From UHGV virus genome UHGV-0070243: a DNA stretch of 41,024 nt; one strand, given 5' to 3'. Of the stretch, positions 28,165-36,617 are shown piece by piece (positions within the stretch are counted from its first letter, which is position 1; the number at the start of each line of letters is the position of its first letter). The DNA comes from a virus. The translations under genes were made by a program, and so were the position numbers. The notes under the pieces are model-generated. The model was not told where the DNA came from. It did not search any database and was given only the letters and a program-made list of their open reading frames with translations.

Positions 28165-28180
28165 GCCTGATGACCACAAA

Positions 28181-28195
28181 TTACCTTAAAGGTAT
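28181..28195. promoter_or_regulatory. operator-like site TTACCttaaaGGTAt overlapping a TATAAT hexamer (28193-28198)
   Basis: one mismatch in right arm; directly upstream of the moron start codon. Confidence 0.5.
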
Positions 28196-28199
28196 AATC

Positions 28200-29048
28200 A
28201 TGAAAAACTTTAAGGTAATTAGTATGTTCGAATCGTTCAAAGAGCTGTTTTCATCTACTGCCAATACTGCCGTGCATCGAGCTAAAAACCCTGTGCTTGG
28301 TGCTTTTGTTATGTCCTGGTGCGCCTTCAACTGGAAATCACTTCTTTATCTATTTTTTAGCAAATCAAATATAATAGATAAAATTTCATACATCTCAGAT
28401 AACAGCACATGGAAAACTGTTATGTTTTATCCATGCTTATCTGTAATTACTATCTGCTGCCTATTACCATGGGTAAACAATATCATTAACGTATGGCAAG
28501 CAAAGCCTCTTGATAATAATGACTCAATCGAAAACCACCGGAAGGCAAGAAAAATACAACGTGAAACACGGCTACAGAGATTGCTGGCTAAAAAAGACAT
28601 TACTTACGAAAAAGTAAAAACAGGCGCTGAAAAAAACATTCAAGACATGAAAGAGGAAATAATTCTTTCAAAAGACAGAATGGGACAACTCACATCTGAA
28701 TTGAAAGAGAGGGAGACAGAACTGCGCGCAGCACAAGCTCGTATTTTAGAATTATCTAAGGTTATTGATGAAACAACATCTAAACTAGAAAATCTAGAAA
28801 AAACTCACAAAAATTTAAAAAACGAATATGAGTCCTATAAGAAAAACATTCCTTTGGCAACAAATAATACAATTGCTAATGGGCTTGTAGGTCTAAAATC
28901 ATTACAAGACTTTAATGAGTCCGTAAAGAAACTTGGCGTTACTGGAATTAACAATCCAGAAATCAGTACATTATTGAATAATCCTCTAGTAAATATAAAT
29001 GGTGATTTAAATTCCACCTATCAAAGAAAATCAAAAACACAAAAGTAA
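28200..29048 (+). CDS. hypothetical membrane-anchored coiled-coil protein (282 aa); moron on the strand opposite the structural genes
   Basis: two N-terminal hydrophobic helices then long heptad-like charged region (ELKERETELRAAQARILELSKVIDETTSKLENLEKTHKNLKNEYESYKK); AT-rich; alternative start ATG 28224 with RBS AAGGTAA. Confidence 0.6.
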   Translation: MKNFKVISMFESFKELFSSTANTAVHRAKNPVLGAFVMSWCAFNWKSLLYLFFSKSNIIDKISYISDNSTWKTVMFYPCLSVITICCLLPWVNNIINVWQAKPLDNNDSIENHRKARKIQRETRLQRLLAKKDITYEKVKTGAEKNIQDMKEEIILSKDRMGQLTSELKERETELRAAQARILELSKVIDETTSKLENLEKTHKNLKNEYESYKKNIPLATNNTIANGLVGLKSLQDFNESVKKLGVTGINNPEISTLLNNPLVNINGDLNSTYQRKSKTQK

Positions 29049-29051
29049 AAA

Positions 29052-30521
29052 TCATTCAAATGGGTCATAGTCTGTTATAGCCCTGCCCTGCTGCTGCCGT
29101 GGGTCATTAGTTTTCTTGGCTACCGGGAACGCAAACGTCAGCAGTAGCGCATCGCCTTTACCAGGAGAACGCCCAAGCCGCTCCTTGATATCTTCCTTCG
29201 GTTCGATAACGATTTTACCGTCCACTCGAACTTTGTACTCTGCCGCCGACAGGTCGTCCGCTGTTTCCTGGTCATCAAGCATGCCGCCCAGCCTCAGCCA
29301 TGTCTTGCATGAGTTGAACATCTCCCCACGCTTGTTGAGCATCTGCGGGTCAGTAGACGCACCACCAAACGGAACAAGTTGCCATGTACGACCCCAGCCG
29401 TCACCGATTGACTTCAGACCAGTTCCGTAACCGAAGTCGATGAACACTGCGTCAGCCTGGTACTGGTCTTCAAAGTCAGCGATACGCTTCGCCATTATCA
29501 GATCGTCAGTGGTCTTGTTGCCAGTCCACAGCACCTTACTGTGTAGCCCCTGCCGCAGGTATATCACAGCGTCATCAACGCCGGAGTATGCCGGGTCAAC
29601 GCCGATTATCACCGGAGCATGTGCAACCTGCGCAGCGGTTACCACCCGTTTCATTGCCTCGTCAGTAAGACCGGTAGGGATAAACTGCAATTCAGATGCA
29701 TCAGGGAATATGCCACGCACACGGATTTTAACGAAGTCGCTGTCTTCCCCGTAGTCATCAACCCATTTCTGCAACTGCTGTTTGTTGGTACCTTCCACCG
29801 TCCGACTGTCAATCTGCGCAGTTTTCCAGCGGTGTTTATACTTGCGGAAACATTCACGGAAACGTCCGGTATTACGCGTCGGGTTTCCGAACGCCACCCA
29901 GATAATCTCAGTGTCTTCGTCCGTAAGCGCACCCTCAGCAACTTCCCACACCAGATCCGCAATGTTCGACGCTTCATCGAATACCACGATGATGCGTTTG
30001 CGCTCGTTGTGTAGTCCGGCGAATGCCTCAGTGTTGTGCTCAGACCAGGGGATTGCGTCAGCTCGCCACCGCTTGTCGTGCCCAGGATCATTGCTGTACA
30101 TCGCAGTAGCGGTACAGGTAAACCAGTCTTTCGTGATAGCAAGGTTCGACCACTTGATAATTTCCGGCCAGGTCTTCGTTCGTAGCTGGTTGTCGGTGTT
30201 GGCGGTCACCACGACCTTACAATCCTCGCAAGTGGACATGCCCCAGTTGATCAGCATTGAGATGAATGCGGATTTACCAATACCGTGACCAGAAGCGCGT
30301 GCCAGCATAAGCGGCTGATAGCGCGTCTCTGGATTCTGCAGGTGATCACGTATCTCTCGGAACGCATCGGCCTGCCACTGACGTGGACCGGTGGCATGTG
30401 CCAGTTCAGTACCCTCTTCCCCCCACGGGAACGCATAGAGGGCATAGCCAAGCGGATCGTGAGTGAACCCTGCAATATCCTCGATCAACTGCTCTTCAGG
30501 AGATAACGCTGTATCTGTCAC
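29052..30521 (-). CDS. terminase large subunit (489 aa)
   Basis: Walker A SGHGIGKS and Walker B-like IIVVFDEAS; C-terminal nuclease-like region; overlaps terS by 4 nt. Confidence 0.85.
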   Translation of the reverse strand: MTDTALSPEEQLIEDIAGFTHDPLGYALYAFPWGEEGTELAHATGPRQWQADAFREIRDHLQNPETRYQPLMLARASGHGIGKSAFISMLINWGMSTCEDCKVVVTANTDNQLRTKTWPEIIKWSNLAITKDWFTCTATAMYSNDPGHDKRWRADAIPWSEHNTEAFAGLHNERKRIIVVFDEASNIADLVWEVAEGALTDEDTEIIWVAFGNPTRNTGRFRECFRKYKHRWKTAQIDSRTVEGTNKQQLQKWVDDYGEDSDFVKIRVRGIFPDASELQFIPTGLTDEAMKRVVTAAQVAHAPVIIGVDPAYSGVDDAVIYLRQGLHSKVLWTGNKTTDDLIMAKRIADFEDQYQADAVFIDFGYGTGLKSIGDGWGRTWQLVPFGGASTDPQMLNKRGEMFNSCKTWLRLGGMLDDQETADDLSAAEYKVRVDGKIVIEPKEDIKERLGRSPGKGDALLLTFAFPVAKKTNDPRQQQGRAITDYDPFE

Positions 30522-31114
30522 TGATTACCATCCTGACGTTCTTTGAGTCGCTTCCTGGCTGCTGCTATGCGATCAGCAATTGTCACATTCACATTAACAT
30601 CCAGACGTTCTTTGAACGCGTTGACATCAACATGCTTACCAATCAGCTCAAGGTTCTTCACCTTGTCAGGCCATTTAATTTTTTTGAGGATTGTCTCTAT
30701 CGAATCCTCGTTCATGTTCATGATGGTCGATGACAGATCAAAGCCACTAAGCGTAGTGCGCCAGATTTTCGGCCACTCACGGATTGGTTTAAGGCTCCCA
30801 TCGTCGTTGAGGATGTCGATCACGTCCATCTGGTCGATCTCCACCAGGCGCATGAGAACGTAATCAGCACTGACGCGCATTCGTTTGTTGCGCTCCTCCA
30901 TCAACTCGGCAATCCGTTTTTGAATGCGTTCATCGCGCATCATGACACTAGCTTTAACTGCCGCTGTATTTGGGGAGAATCCTGCGTTAATCGCTGCCTG
31001 AGTCTGGTTTTCAGGCGTTTTGATGTATGACTGGCAATAAGCCTCCTGCATTGCTGTTAGTGGCTTAAATTGCGTTGATTTGCGTTTATAGGTTTTAGGT
31101 TCAGCAGGCATCAT
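30518..31114 (-). CDS. terminase small subunit (about 198 aa)
   Basis: position immediately upstream of and overlapping terL; basic helical protein; ORF 30518..31192 trimmed because a terminator hairpin lies inside its 5' extension. Confidence 0.6.
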   Translation of the reverse strand: MMPAEPKTYKRKSTQFKPLTAMQEAYCQSYIKTPENQTQAAINAGFSPNTAAVKASVMMRDERIQKRIAELMEERNKRMRVSADYVLMRLVEIDQMDVIDILNDDGSLKPIREWPKIWRTTLSGFDLSSTIMNMNEDSIETILKKIKWPDKVKNLELIGKHVDVNAFKERLDVNVNVTIADRIAAARKRLKERQDGNQ

Positions 31115-31154
31115 AACCACCGTGGTAATAGTTACCGTTGTGGTAATAGTACCA

Positions 31155-31183
31155 TGCAAAATAAAGCCGCCATAGTTGGCGGC
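31155..31183 (-). terminator. rho-independent terminator between nin-like genes and terS
   Basis: GCCGCC-aactat-GGCGGC on the minus strand followed by TTTATTTTG. Confidence 0.6.
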
Positions 31184-31232
31184 AGTATTCAAACCCCATC
31201 AAATTCATCATGCATAATCTACTCGTGACATG

Positions 31233-31499
31233 TCACACTATTAATTTCGTTTCATGCCAGCCTTTAGTCACCCAGCATTGCGAGTCACCATTACACGGGC
31301 ATGAATTAACTGGAACTCTCTCGCCGCACTTACCGCAACATTTTCTGCTGATCGATTTTATACGCCCGCGCACGCGTGCATCATCCTGGCGGATCAGTAA
31401 CGCTATATACTCACCGAAGTCTGGCACTGGATATACACCTTCCGTACACTGGCGGCAGTCACAATAGAGATGCATTGTGTAACTTGCGGCAATAGCCAT
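31233..31499 (-). CDS. Cys-rich small protein (88 aa), probable zinc-binding; function unknown
   Basis: CDC..C and CCGKC...CPC clusters; last early-operon gene before the terminator and terS. Confidence 0.45.
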   Translation of the reverse strand: MAIAASYTMHLYCDCRQCTEGVYPVPDFGEYIALLIRQDDARVRGRIKSISRKCCGKCGERVPVNSCPCNGDSQCWVTKGWHETKLIV

Positions 31500-31500
31500 A

Positions 31501-31887
31501 TCACTCTCCTTTTCCCTGAAGCATTGCAGCGCGGCAGGCGTTCCAGCCTCTCACCTCTGCAATAGCGGCAACAGCATCAACCGCGTACATGCTAAGAGGA
31601 TTAGGCATTGGTTTTTCTTCCGGTACTACTGGAACGGGTGGAGCGGCGTAGACCTCAATAATTCCATTATCAATAGGCCACTCCCCATCCTTGATGTAGT
31701 CACTTGTGCCATCGACCTGCTGTTCTGCAATGTGGAAAGCACCTATTGGTTTTGCTTCCAGCGATGCCAGCGCAATCCGTGCCAGTTCTTCCGCTTCTTC
31801 TGCTGGCAGTACAACGTTGCTACCAGGTCCGTATGTTTCGCGCCACTGCTTGATTGTCAGCAGTCGCTCTTTGGTAATAGTGATCAT
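31501..31887 (-). CDS. hypothetical protein (128 aa)
   Basis: ORF coupled to neighbours (stop/start overlap). Confidence 0.45.
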   Translation of the reverse strand: MITITKERLLTIKQWRETYGPGSNVVLPAEEAEELARIALASLEAKPIGAFHIAEQQVDGTSDYIKDGEWPIDNGIIEVYAAPPVPVVPEEKPMPNPLSMYAVDAVAAIAEVRGWNACRAAMLQGKGE

Positions 31888-32399
31888 GCCGCGTTTCCTT
31901 CTTTCTTATTAACAATTACACCGTCATATATTTCATTAAGGTGCCCTCTCAACTCCATACGCCTTAATGCAGATAACATGTAATCGCATTCAACCTGCTT
32001 ATTTCCAGTAAATGGCTTATCGTCAGGATTACCCCAACAGCAATTACCCTTGGGCCACCCATGTACTTTCCGTACTCTTCCGTTAACAACGTGAAGTAAT
32101 CCCCAGCCAGGTGGTAAATCCTCAATTGAAATAATTCCCGGCTCACTAATAAAGAATCGCCAGTCGCCCATTCCAAGAGACGGATTTTTACGAAAACGCT
32201 TTTTTCTATCTGCCAACAAGTCAGCACGAGAACATTTCGCCTCTATCAGGCATGATGCTGAATTTCTGAATCCCATAGCATCTGGCTGTTCTCCGGTACT
32301 GGTTACAGCTATAAAGCGGTCATGAAAACAAACCTTGAACCCGTTGCGCTTAAGGAACTTGTACGCAATCTGACAGAGTTCGCGGTGTGTTAACGCCAT
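31884..32399 (-). CDS. putative PD-(D/E)XK-type nuclease (171 aa)
   Basis: strong RBS AAGGAGAG; motif resembling D...E-x-K (QPDAMGF...CLIEAKC); ORF 31884..32471 trimmed to ATG 32399. Confidence 0.45.
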   Translation of the reverse strand: MALTHRELCQIAYKFLKRNGFKVCFHDRFIAVTSTGEQPDAMGFRNSASCLIEAKCSRADLLADRKKRFRKNPSLGMGDWRFFISEPGIISIEDLPPGWGLLHVVNGRVRKVHGWPKGNCCWGNPDDKPFTGNKQVECDYMLSALRRMELRGHLNEIYDGVIVNKKEGNAA

Positions 32400-32400
32400 A

Positions 32401-32589
32401 TCACTCTCCTTTAGTGCGCAAGTGGTTTTTCCAGCGGTTTTGCGCCGCGCTGGGCTTTTTGCAAAAACCACAATCCATCATCCCGTAATGTTTCATTAAC
32501 CCCATCCGTCGGTTGCTGAGTCTCACCCACTGCCAGACGCCAGGAGCGTTTCTACGAACTAACAGAATCTTTGCTTTACGGTTTTTCAT
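32401..32589 (-). CDS. small basic protein (62 aa)
   Basis: RBS AGGAGAG; stop 1 nt from next start. Confidence 0.45.
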   Translation of the reverse strand: MKNRKAKILLVRRNAPGVWQWVRLSNRRMGLMKHYGMMDCGFCKKPSAAQNRWKNHLRTKGE

Positions 32590-32761
32590 CGCTTTGCTCT
32601 CCTGCGTCTCTTTGCTGCTCGTCGTGCCGCTGCAATACCGGTATGGCGGCGCTTTGGTGCTGGGGTGATGTTGTCAGCCATCAGGACCTGTGGCTTTGCA
32701 ATTAGCGCAGAAGCCCAAAAACGAGTCGGGTACGGTAACAAGCCAATACATGCCACACGCA

Positions 32762-33250
32762 CTACTCACCTCCGTTGATGCGAATGCCTGTTGCAATGCT
32801 GTTTATGATGCTGTCAGTGCATGGGGTAGAAAGCTGGGCATCTCCAGCAATTTTCATGACATCAACATCTGCATATCGAATACCGAGGTGTATCAGACCG
32901 GCTATACCTGACTTAAGCCGAGCATTTTCCATAAACAGATCCTTTGCCCGCTGTTTTTCTGCCTCAAGCTCAACGCGCAACTTCCCTACCGTTAGCGCAA
33001 TATCCTCGTTCTCCTGGTCGCGGGATTTGATGTATTGCTGGTTCCTTTCCCGTTCATCCAGTAGTGCCAGCACGGTTTCTGGTCCGGCCAGAAATTTGAA
33101 GGCGTTGAGCGCATCAATATCCACACCGTAATCTTTAAGTTCCTGTTCACTTAACAAATCATCATCAGCTGGCAACATTAACAGGCGTTCCATTGCTGGA
33201 ATTGCACGTTCCGCCGCCTCACGCAGTGCCTGGTAATTAATTTCGCTCAC
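32762..33250 (-). CDS. Ead/Ea22-like protein (162 aa)
   Basis: N-terminus MSEINYQALREAAERA recalled as typical of Ead/Ea22-family prophage proteins; coiled-coil centre. Confidence 0.45.
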   Translation of the reverse strand: MSEINYQALREAAERAIPAMERLLMLPADDDLLSEQELKDYGVDIDALNAFKFLAGPETVLALLDERERNQQYIKSRDQENEDIALTVGKLRVELEAEKQRAKDLFMENARLKSGIAGLIHLGIRYADVDVMKIAGDAQLSTPCTDSIINSIATGIRINGGE

Positions 33251-33849
33251 TGGTTGCCTCCTTTGCGAAGCTGGGCAGCAAAGTCAACTAACCACTCAGT
33301 CATTTCAACCTTCCCTACCAGGTCTGAACCAGGGTGCATACAGCAATCACTCTGCGCCGCTTTGAAATCCTTATACTCATATTCTTGGGCCACCAGATTT
33401 TTTGCAGCTTCTATAGCAGCATCCACGCCCTGCGCCCGCACTTCAGCCAGGAAAGCATCGGTGGCTGGCATATTTCCTGTTGCCTTCATGGCCTCCAAAA
33501 TAACCAGAACGCCATCTCGCCCAACCACCTCAGCGATAACCTCGGTGTTGTCGCCAACAACATCGCAGAATGCCTGAACTGCCTTACGAGCCAGCTCATT
33601 CTCCGCCGCCAGCACCGAAAACTTCTCGTGCGCCAACTTAACAGCCGAATCAGCCTGCTTAATTGACTCAGTCGCTCTCTGGTGGTCTTCGGCCAGCGCA
33701 TTAGCACGCACCAGTTGCACTTCCAGTTGCGTTGCCAAATCGCTGATCAGCTTTGCCACACTGCGCATATCAACGGCACCACATTCTGCTTTCAGTTCCG
33801 AAGCCATCTCATGCCCGGCGGCAACTAACACTTTGATATTACTTTCCAT
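33247..33849 (-). CDS. hypothetical nin-region protein (200 aa)
   Basis: helical, Ala-rich; overlaps downstream gene by 4 nt. Confidence 0.45.
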   Translation of the reverse strand: MESNIKVLVAAGHEMASELKAECGAVDMRSVAKLISDLATQLEVQLVRANALAEDHQRATESIKQADSAVKLAHEKFSVLAAENELARKAVQAFCDVVGDNTEVIAEVVGRDGVLVILEAMKATGNMPATDAFLAEVRAQGVDAAIEAAKNLVAQEYEYKDFKAAQSDCCMHPGSDLVGKVEMTEWLVDFAAQLRKGGNQ

Positions 33850-33910
33850 CTTTACCCTCGCTTATCCACATAACTTATTGATTACATTGATAACTAAAAA
33901 GATCGTCGAT

Positions 33911-34276
33911 TCAGAACTCTTCGATGTTCCAGCCGCCACCTGCTTTCTTTGGTTTAACCGTTACCCCGATGATTCGGAACGGATACTGATCTGCGGCTAC
34001 TTTGGTTTTCACCCTGGCGTCGTCGGTCCAGAATCCCCCTTTCACTTCGTGCAGTTCCATCTCTCCGGTGGCGAGCATCACAGCGAAATCGGGCGTATAG
34101 AACGTGTTGTCAGCTAACCGCAGCTTAATACCCTCGAATCGATACCAGGCGATTTCCCCTGCACGTTTACGCTGCTCAAGGTGCTGGCAATACGCAGATT
34201 CTGTTTTGTTCATCTGGCCTGTTTTGTTCATCTGGCCTGTTTTGAGTCGACCAAGAGCCTGTATCTGTTTTCTCAT
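33911..34276 (-). CDS. hypothetical protein (121 aa) with internal 18-bp tandem duplication; possible PD-(D/E)XK fold
   Basis: motif YTPDF...EMELHEVKG; DNA repeat CTGTTTTGTTCATCTGGC x2 at 34201-34236 encodes TGQMNKTGQMNK; operator-like site immediately upstream. Confidence 0.45.
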   Translation of the reverse strand: MRKQIQALGRLKTGQMNKTGQMNKTESAYCQHLEQRKRAGEIAWYRFEGIKLRLADNTFYTPDFAVMLATGEMELHEVKGGFWTDDARVKTKVAADQYPFRIIGVTVKPKKAGGGWNIEEF

Positions 34277-34279
34277 GAT

Positions 34280-34294
34280 TTACCTCTAAGGTAA
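34280..34294. promoter_or_regulatory. operator-like palindrome TTACCtctaaGGTAA
   Basis: perfect site 4 nt upstream of the 34276 start codon. Confidence 0.6.
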
Positions 34295-34341
34295 TTAAAA
34301 ACCACATAAGACACGAAATCAATAGAGCTTAGAATATTTTG

Positions 34342-34356
34342 TTACCTTATAGGTAA
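34342..34356. promoter_or_regulatory. operator-like palindrome TTACCttataGGTAA
   Basis: perfect site, 62 bp from the previous one in the same intergenic region. Confidence 0.6.
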
Positions 34357-34393
34357 TTATTGAGGCGTAAAAAAATGCGCTATCGCGCTGGTA

Positions 34394-35176
34394 TTACTTG
34401 ATAAATCCTGCCGCCTTTCCCCGCCTGTATTCCTCCATCAGCCACTGCGCCGGTGTTATTCCCCCAAGGGTGGCGGCGTTAGGCATGCACCCGAAACTTC
34501 GCCCTGGTGGATGGTAAACGTCTCTCCCTGTGTCCGGAGGTGTACTCATGGGCTCTGGCTTTGCCTGTATGCTGATCACCGGATCGGGTATCTGCTGTCC
34601 GGAAGCCACCTTTTTCGCCCAATCATCGAGCAGCCTGCGCGCGTGTTTCTCAACCTCAATCTCGCTAAGCTGGCGCTGATACATTGCACGGCGGGTATCA
34701 CATACGACCCAGTACATAACCGGATGCCGCCACGGGAATCTTTCGGGACCACCAGGATATAAACTTTTTTCCTTGCTGTACCGGTGAAACTCCGCCATCA
34801 CATCGTCAATGGTGACGCCAAGAACCATCTTGCTGTCTTTGCACCACTTGATGAATTGCCCAGGCGACGGCCAGAACGGAGATTCACTGGCGCGGGCGTG
34901 GCGCATACCAGCGTTAACCTGTTCCATTGTTGTGATCCCATTCTCCAGAAACGCAAGCATCCATTGTTTTCGAAATTCGTTTAGCTTTCCTTGCTCGCTG
35001 ATAGCAGCGATGCTGCCTGGAAATGCAGCCTGTAACTGGACAAACATTTCGTTGAAAATTCTTGCAACCTGCTCCTTCTTTGCCCTTTCATCGTCAGCAG
35101 AAGCAACCGCCGTCGAGTGGTCATGCCCACCACGAAAGCGATCGTACTCATTAAGAAGTTCTGGAGTTGATTTCAT
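34394..35176 (-). CDS. replication protein P-like (DnaB helicase loader), about 260 aa
   Basis: QWMLAFLENGITTMEQVNAGMRHARASESPFWPSPGQFIKWC closely matches the lambda P region QWVLAFRENGITTMEQVNAGMRVARRQNRPFLPSPGQFVAWC (memory); RBS GAGGTG; overlaps O-like gene. Confidence 0.8.
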   Translation of the reverse strand: MKSTPELLNEYDRFRGGHDHSTAVASADDERAKKEQVARIFNEMFVQLQAAFPGSIAAISEQGKLNEFRKQWMLAFLENGITTMEQVNAGMRHARASESPFWPSPGQFIKWCKDSKMVLGVTIDDVMAEFHRYSKEKSLYPGGPERFPWRHPVMYWVVCDTRRAMYQRQLSEIEVEKHARRLLDDWAKKVASGQQIPDPVISIQAKPEPMSTPPDTGRDVYHPPGRSFGCMPNAATLGGITPAQWLMEEYRRGKAAGFIK

Positions 35177-35984
35177 CCCACACCTCATCTATCCAGTCAG
35201 TGTTATGCCAGTCAAGGCTCTTTCTGACTTCACCTGATTTCTGTCTACAGAACTGGATGCGCCTTGCCAGCTTCTGCTCCCACTGTGCCTGATGGTATGC
35301 CTTACCCTCAGCCATCCAGTAAATTCTGAACTCTGCAAGTTCCTGTGCCGTTGGCAGACTGTCCAGGTAGATTCCCTGCAATGAGCTTTTCCGAAGAAAG
35401 TCATCTGATGGCTGCCATTGTTCATGCATGACAAATTTACCTAATTGCCCTGGCCCACCAGGAGGAACAAAGTTATTCATCACGGCGTTGTTTGCGCCGG
35501 GGTCATGAGGAACAGAATCCCCGGTTTTTGTCCTGCTCTCCCTCTCTTGGTTAAATGACTGGTTATATGACTGGTTCTGGATCCCGTTTTTGGGATCATT
35601 CAACATCCCGTTTTTGGGATCATTCAACATCCCGTTTTTGGGTATATTCCCGTTTTCGGTAACATTACCGTTTTCGGGTTCATTGCCCCCCTCCCGGTTG
35701 CCTTTAATGTTCCCGTTTTTGGTTATATTAAGAGAGAAAACCCGCACTCTTTTTGTCGCTCCCTTTCTCTCTCCGGTATCTGAAATAAGCCCCATTTTCA
35801 TGAGCGATATAAGCCCGGCCTGCACGGTTTTTTTATTCAGGCAAGTGTCTTTAACGAGGCGTTCTATGCTGGGGTAGCAGAGGTTATATTCATCGGCTCT
35901 GTCAGCCATCGAGAGCAGTATGAGCTTTAATGATGAGCTACCTGGATCTGTCTCCCAGGCCCAATCTGTTGCATGTCTGCTCAT
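35151..35984 (-). CDS. replication initiator (O-like position): N-terminal DNA-binding region, iteron-encoded Asn/Gly/Pro repeat linker, DnaT-like C-terminal domain
   Basis: C-terminus GKFVMHEQWQPSDDF...ELAEFRIYWMAEGKAYHQAQWEQKLARRIQ resembles E. coli DnaT (memory); GGAG RBS; contains iterons. Confidence 0.7.
   Translation of the reverse strand: MSRHATDWAWETDPGSSSLKLILLSMADRADEYNLCYPSIERLVKDTCLNKKTVQAGLISLMKMGLISDTGERKGATKRVRVFSLNITKNGNIKGNREGGNEPENGNVTENGNIPKNGMLNDPKNGMLNDPKNGIQNQSYNQSFNQERESRTKTGDSVPHDPGANNAVMNNFVPPGGPGQLGKFVMHEQWQPSDDFLRKSSLQGIYLDSLPTAQELAEFRIYWMAEGKAYHQAQWEQKLARRIQFCRQKSGEVRKSLDWHNTDWIDEVWDEINSRTS
35581..35730. repeat. iteron array (candidate replication origin) inside the O-like gene
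   Basis: two perfect 24-bp tandem repeats ATCCCGTTTTTGGGATCATTCAAC (35581-35604, 35605-35628) then four degenerate CCCGTTTT(T/C)GG units, followed by AT-rich DNA. Confidence 0.7.
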
Positions 35985-35999
35985 GATTAATCTCCGCTA

Positions 36000-36200
36000 T
36001 CAGCTTGAGTGTTGTGGGGAGGAATTAATCATGATCTGCTTAATCTCTGCCCTGATGCGACGGTTTGATTCCATGGTGCACTCAACACAGTGTCCGTTGT
36101 AAACCCAGCGTTCACTGTCATGTCCGTGCTTACATGGTTTTCCGGTGTAGTAGCGTTTAAGTCCGCGCTTTGCGGCATCAATACGTGTAATGATTTCCAT
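36000..36200 (-). CDS. small Cys/His-rich protein (66 aa) in the cII-like position
   Basis: internal ATG at 36200; CKHGH...CVEC zinc-finger-like spacing; ORF-track start 36263 is TTG and overlaps the operator site. Confidence 0.4.
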   Translation of the reverse strand: MEIITRIDAAKRGLKRYYTGKPCKHGHDSERWVYNGHCVECTMESNRRIRAEIKQIMINSSPQHSS

Positions 36201-36280
36201 GGTAAGCCCTGTTATTAGTATTGGGATTACGGTTATTTTGTGCTGACACAAAAAAAAGATCAACCAGATTTGGTTTTTTA

Positions 36281-36295
36281 TTACCTTTGAGGTAC
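36281..36295. promoter_or_regulatory. operator-like site TTACCtttgaGGTAc between the cro terminator and the next gene
   Basis: one mismatch in right arm. Confidence 0.5.
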
Positions 36296-36300
36296 GAATA

Positions 36301-36328
36301 GATATGAAAAGACCGCCGGGTGGCGGTC
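36301..36328 (-). terminator. rho-independent terminator directly after the cro-like gene (tR1-like)
   Basis: GACCGCC-accc-GGCGGTC on the minus strand followed by TTTTCATATC. Confidence 0.65.
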
Positions 36329-36350
36329 TACAGAGGGTTGTGGCTGGATA

Positions 36351-36581
36351 TCATGAGTAGAAGAAGTATGCCAGTTCTGCTTTTGAGCGCAGCCATTGTC
36401 TTGTTTTACAGGCTTTAAAAAGCCCATTCATCAATACTTTACCTGGCATTTTTCGCTTACCTGTTAAGTGAGTCTGGATATAGTGACTCGTCGTTCCGGC
36501 TTCCTGTGCGAAGGCTTCACGCTCATCCGGAGTAAGTGCAAGCCAGTGCTTTTTGAAATCGAAATGTCCGTTATCGCTCAT
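36351..36581 (-). CDS. Cro-like HTH regulator (76 aa)
   Basis: HTH-like segment AFAQEAGTTSHYIQTHLTGKRKMP; first gene transcribed leftward from the divergent operator region. Confidence 0.55.
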   Translation of the reverse strand: MSDNGHFDFKKHWLALTPDEREAFAQEAGTTSHYIQTHLTGKRKMPGKVLMNGLFKACKTRQWLRSKAELAYFFYS

Positions 36582-36617
36582 AGCTATTGCCTGATATTTA
36601 TTTCAGATAATAAATAT

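Noticed and set aside
27600-28179. Minus-strand ORFs 27600..27863 and 27907..28179 overlapping the tRNA leader and the tRNA
   Set aside because: They run across a tRNA gene and terminator hairpins and have no RBS; the region is more plausibly noncoding RNA.
28193-28198. Perfect TATAAT hexamer as the -10 of the moron promoter
   Set aside because: It ends 1 nt before the ATG at 28200, leaving no leader; it may be coincidental within the operator-like site or indicate that the real start is ATG 28224. Left unresolved rather than annotated as a promoter.
35581-35730. Tandem repeats considered as a possible CRISPR array
   Set aside because: Repeats are contiguous without unique spacers, lie inside a coding gene and no cas genes are present; they fit replication-origin iterons instead.
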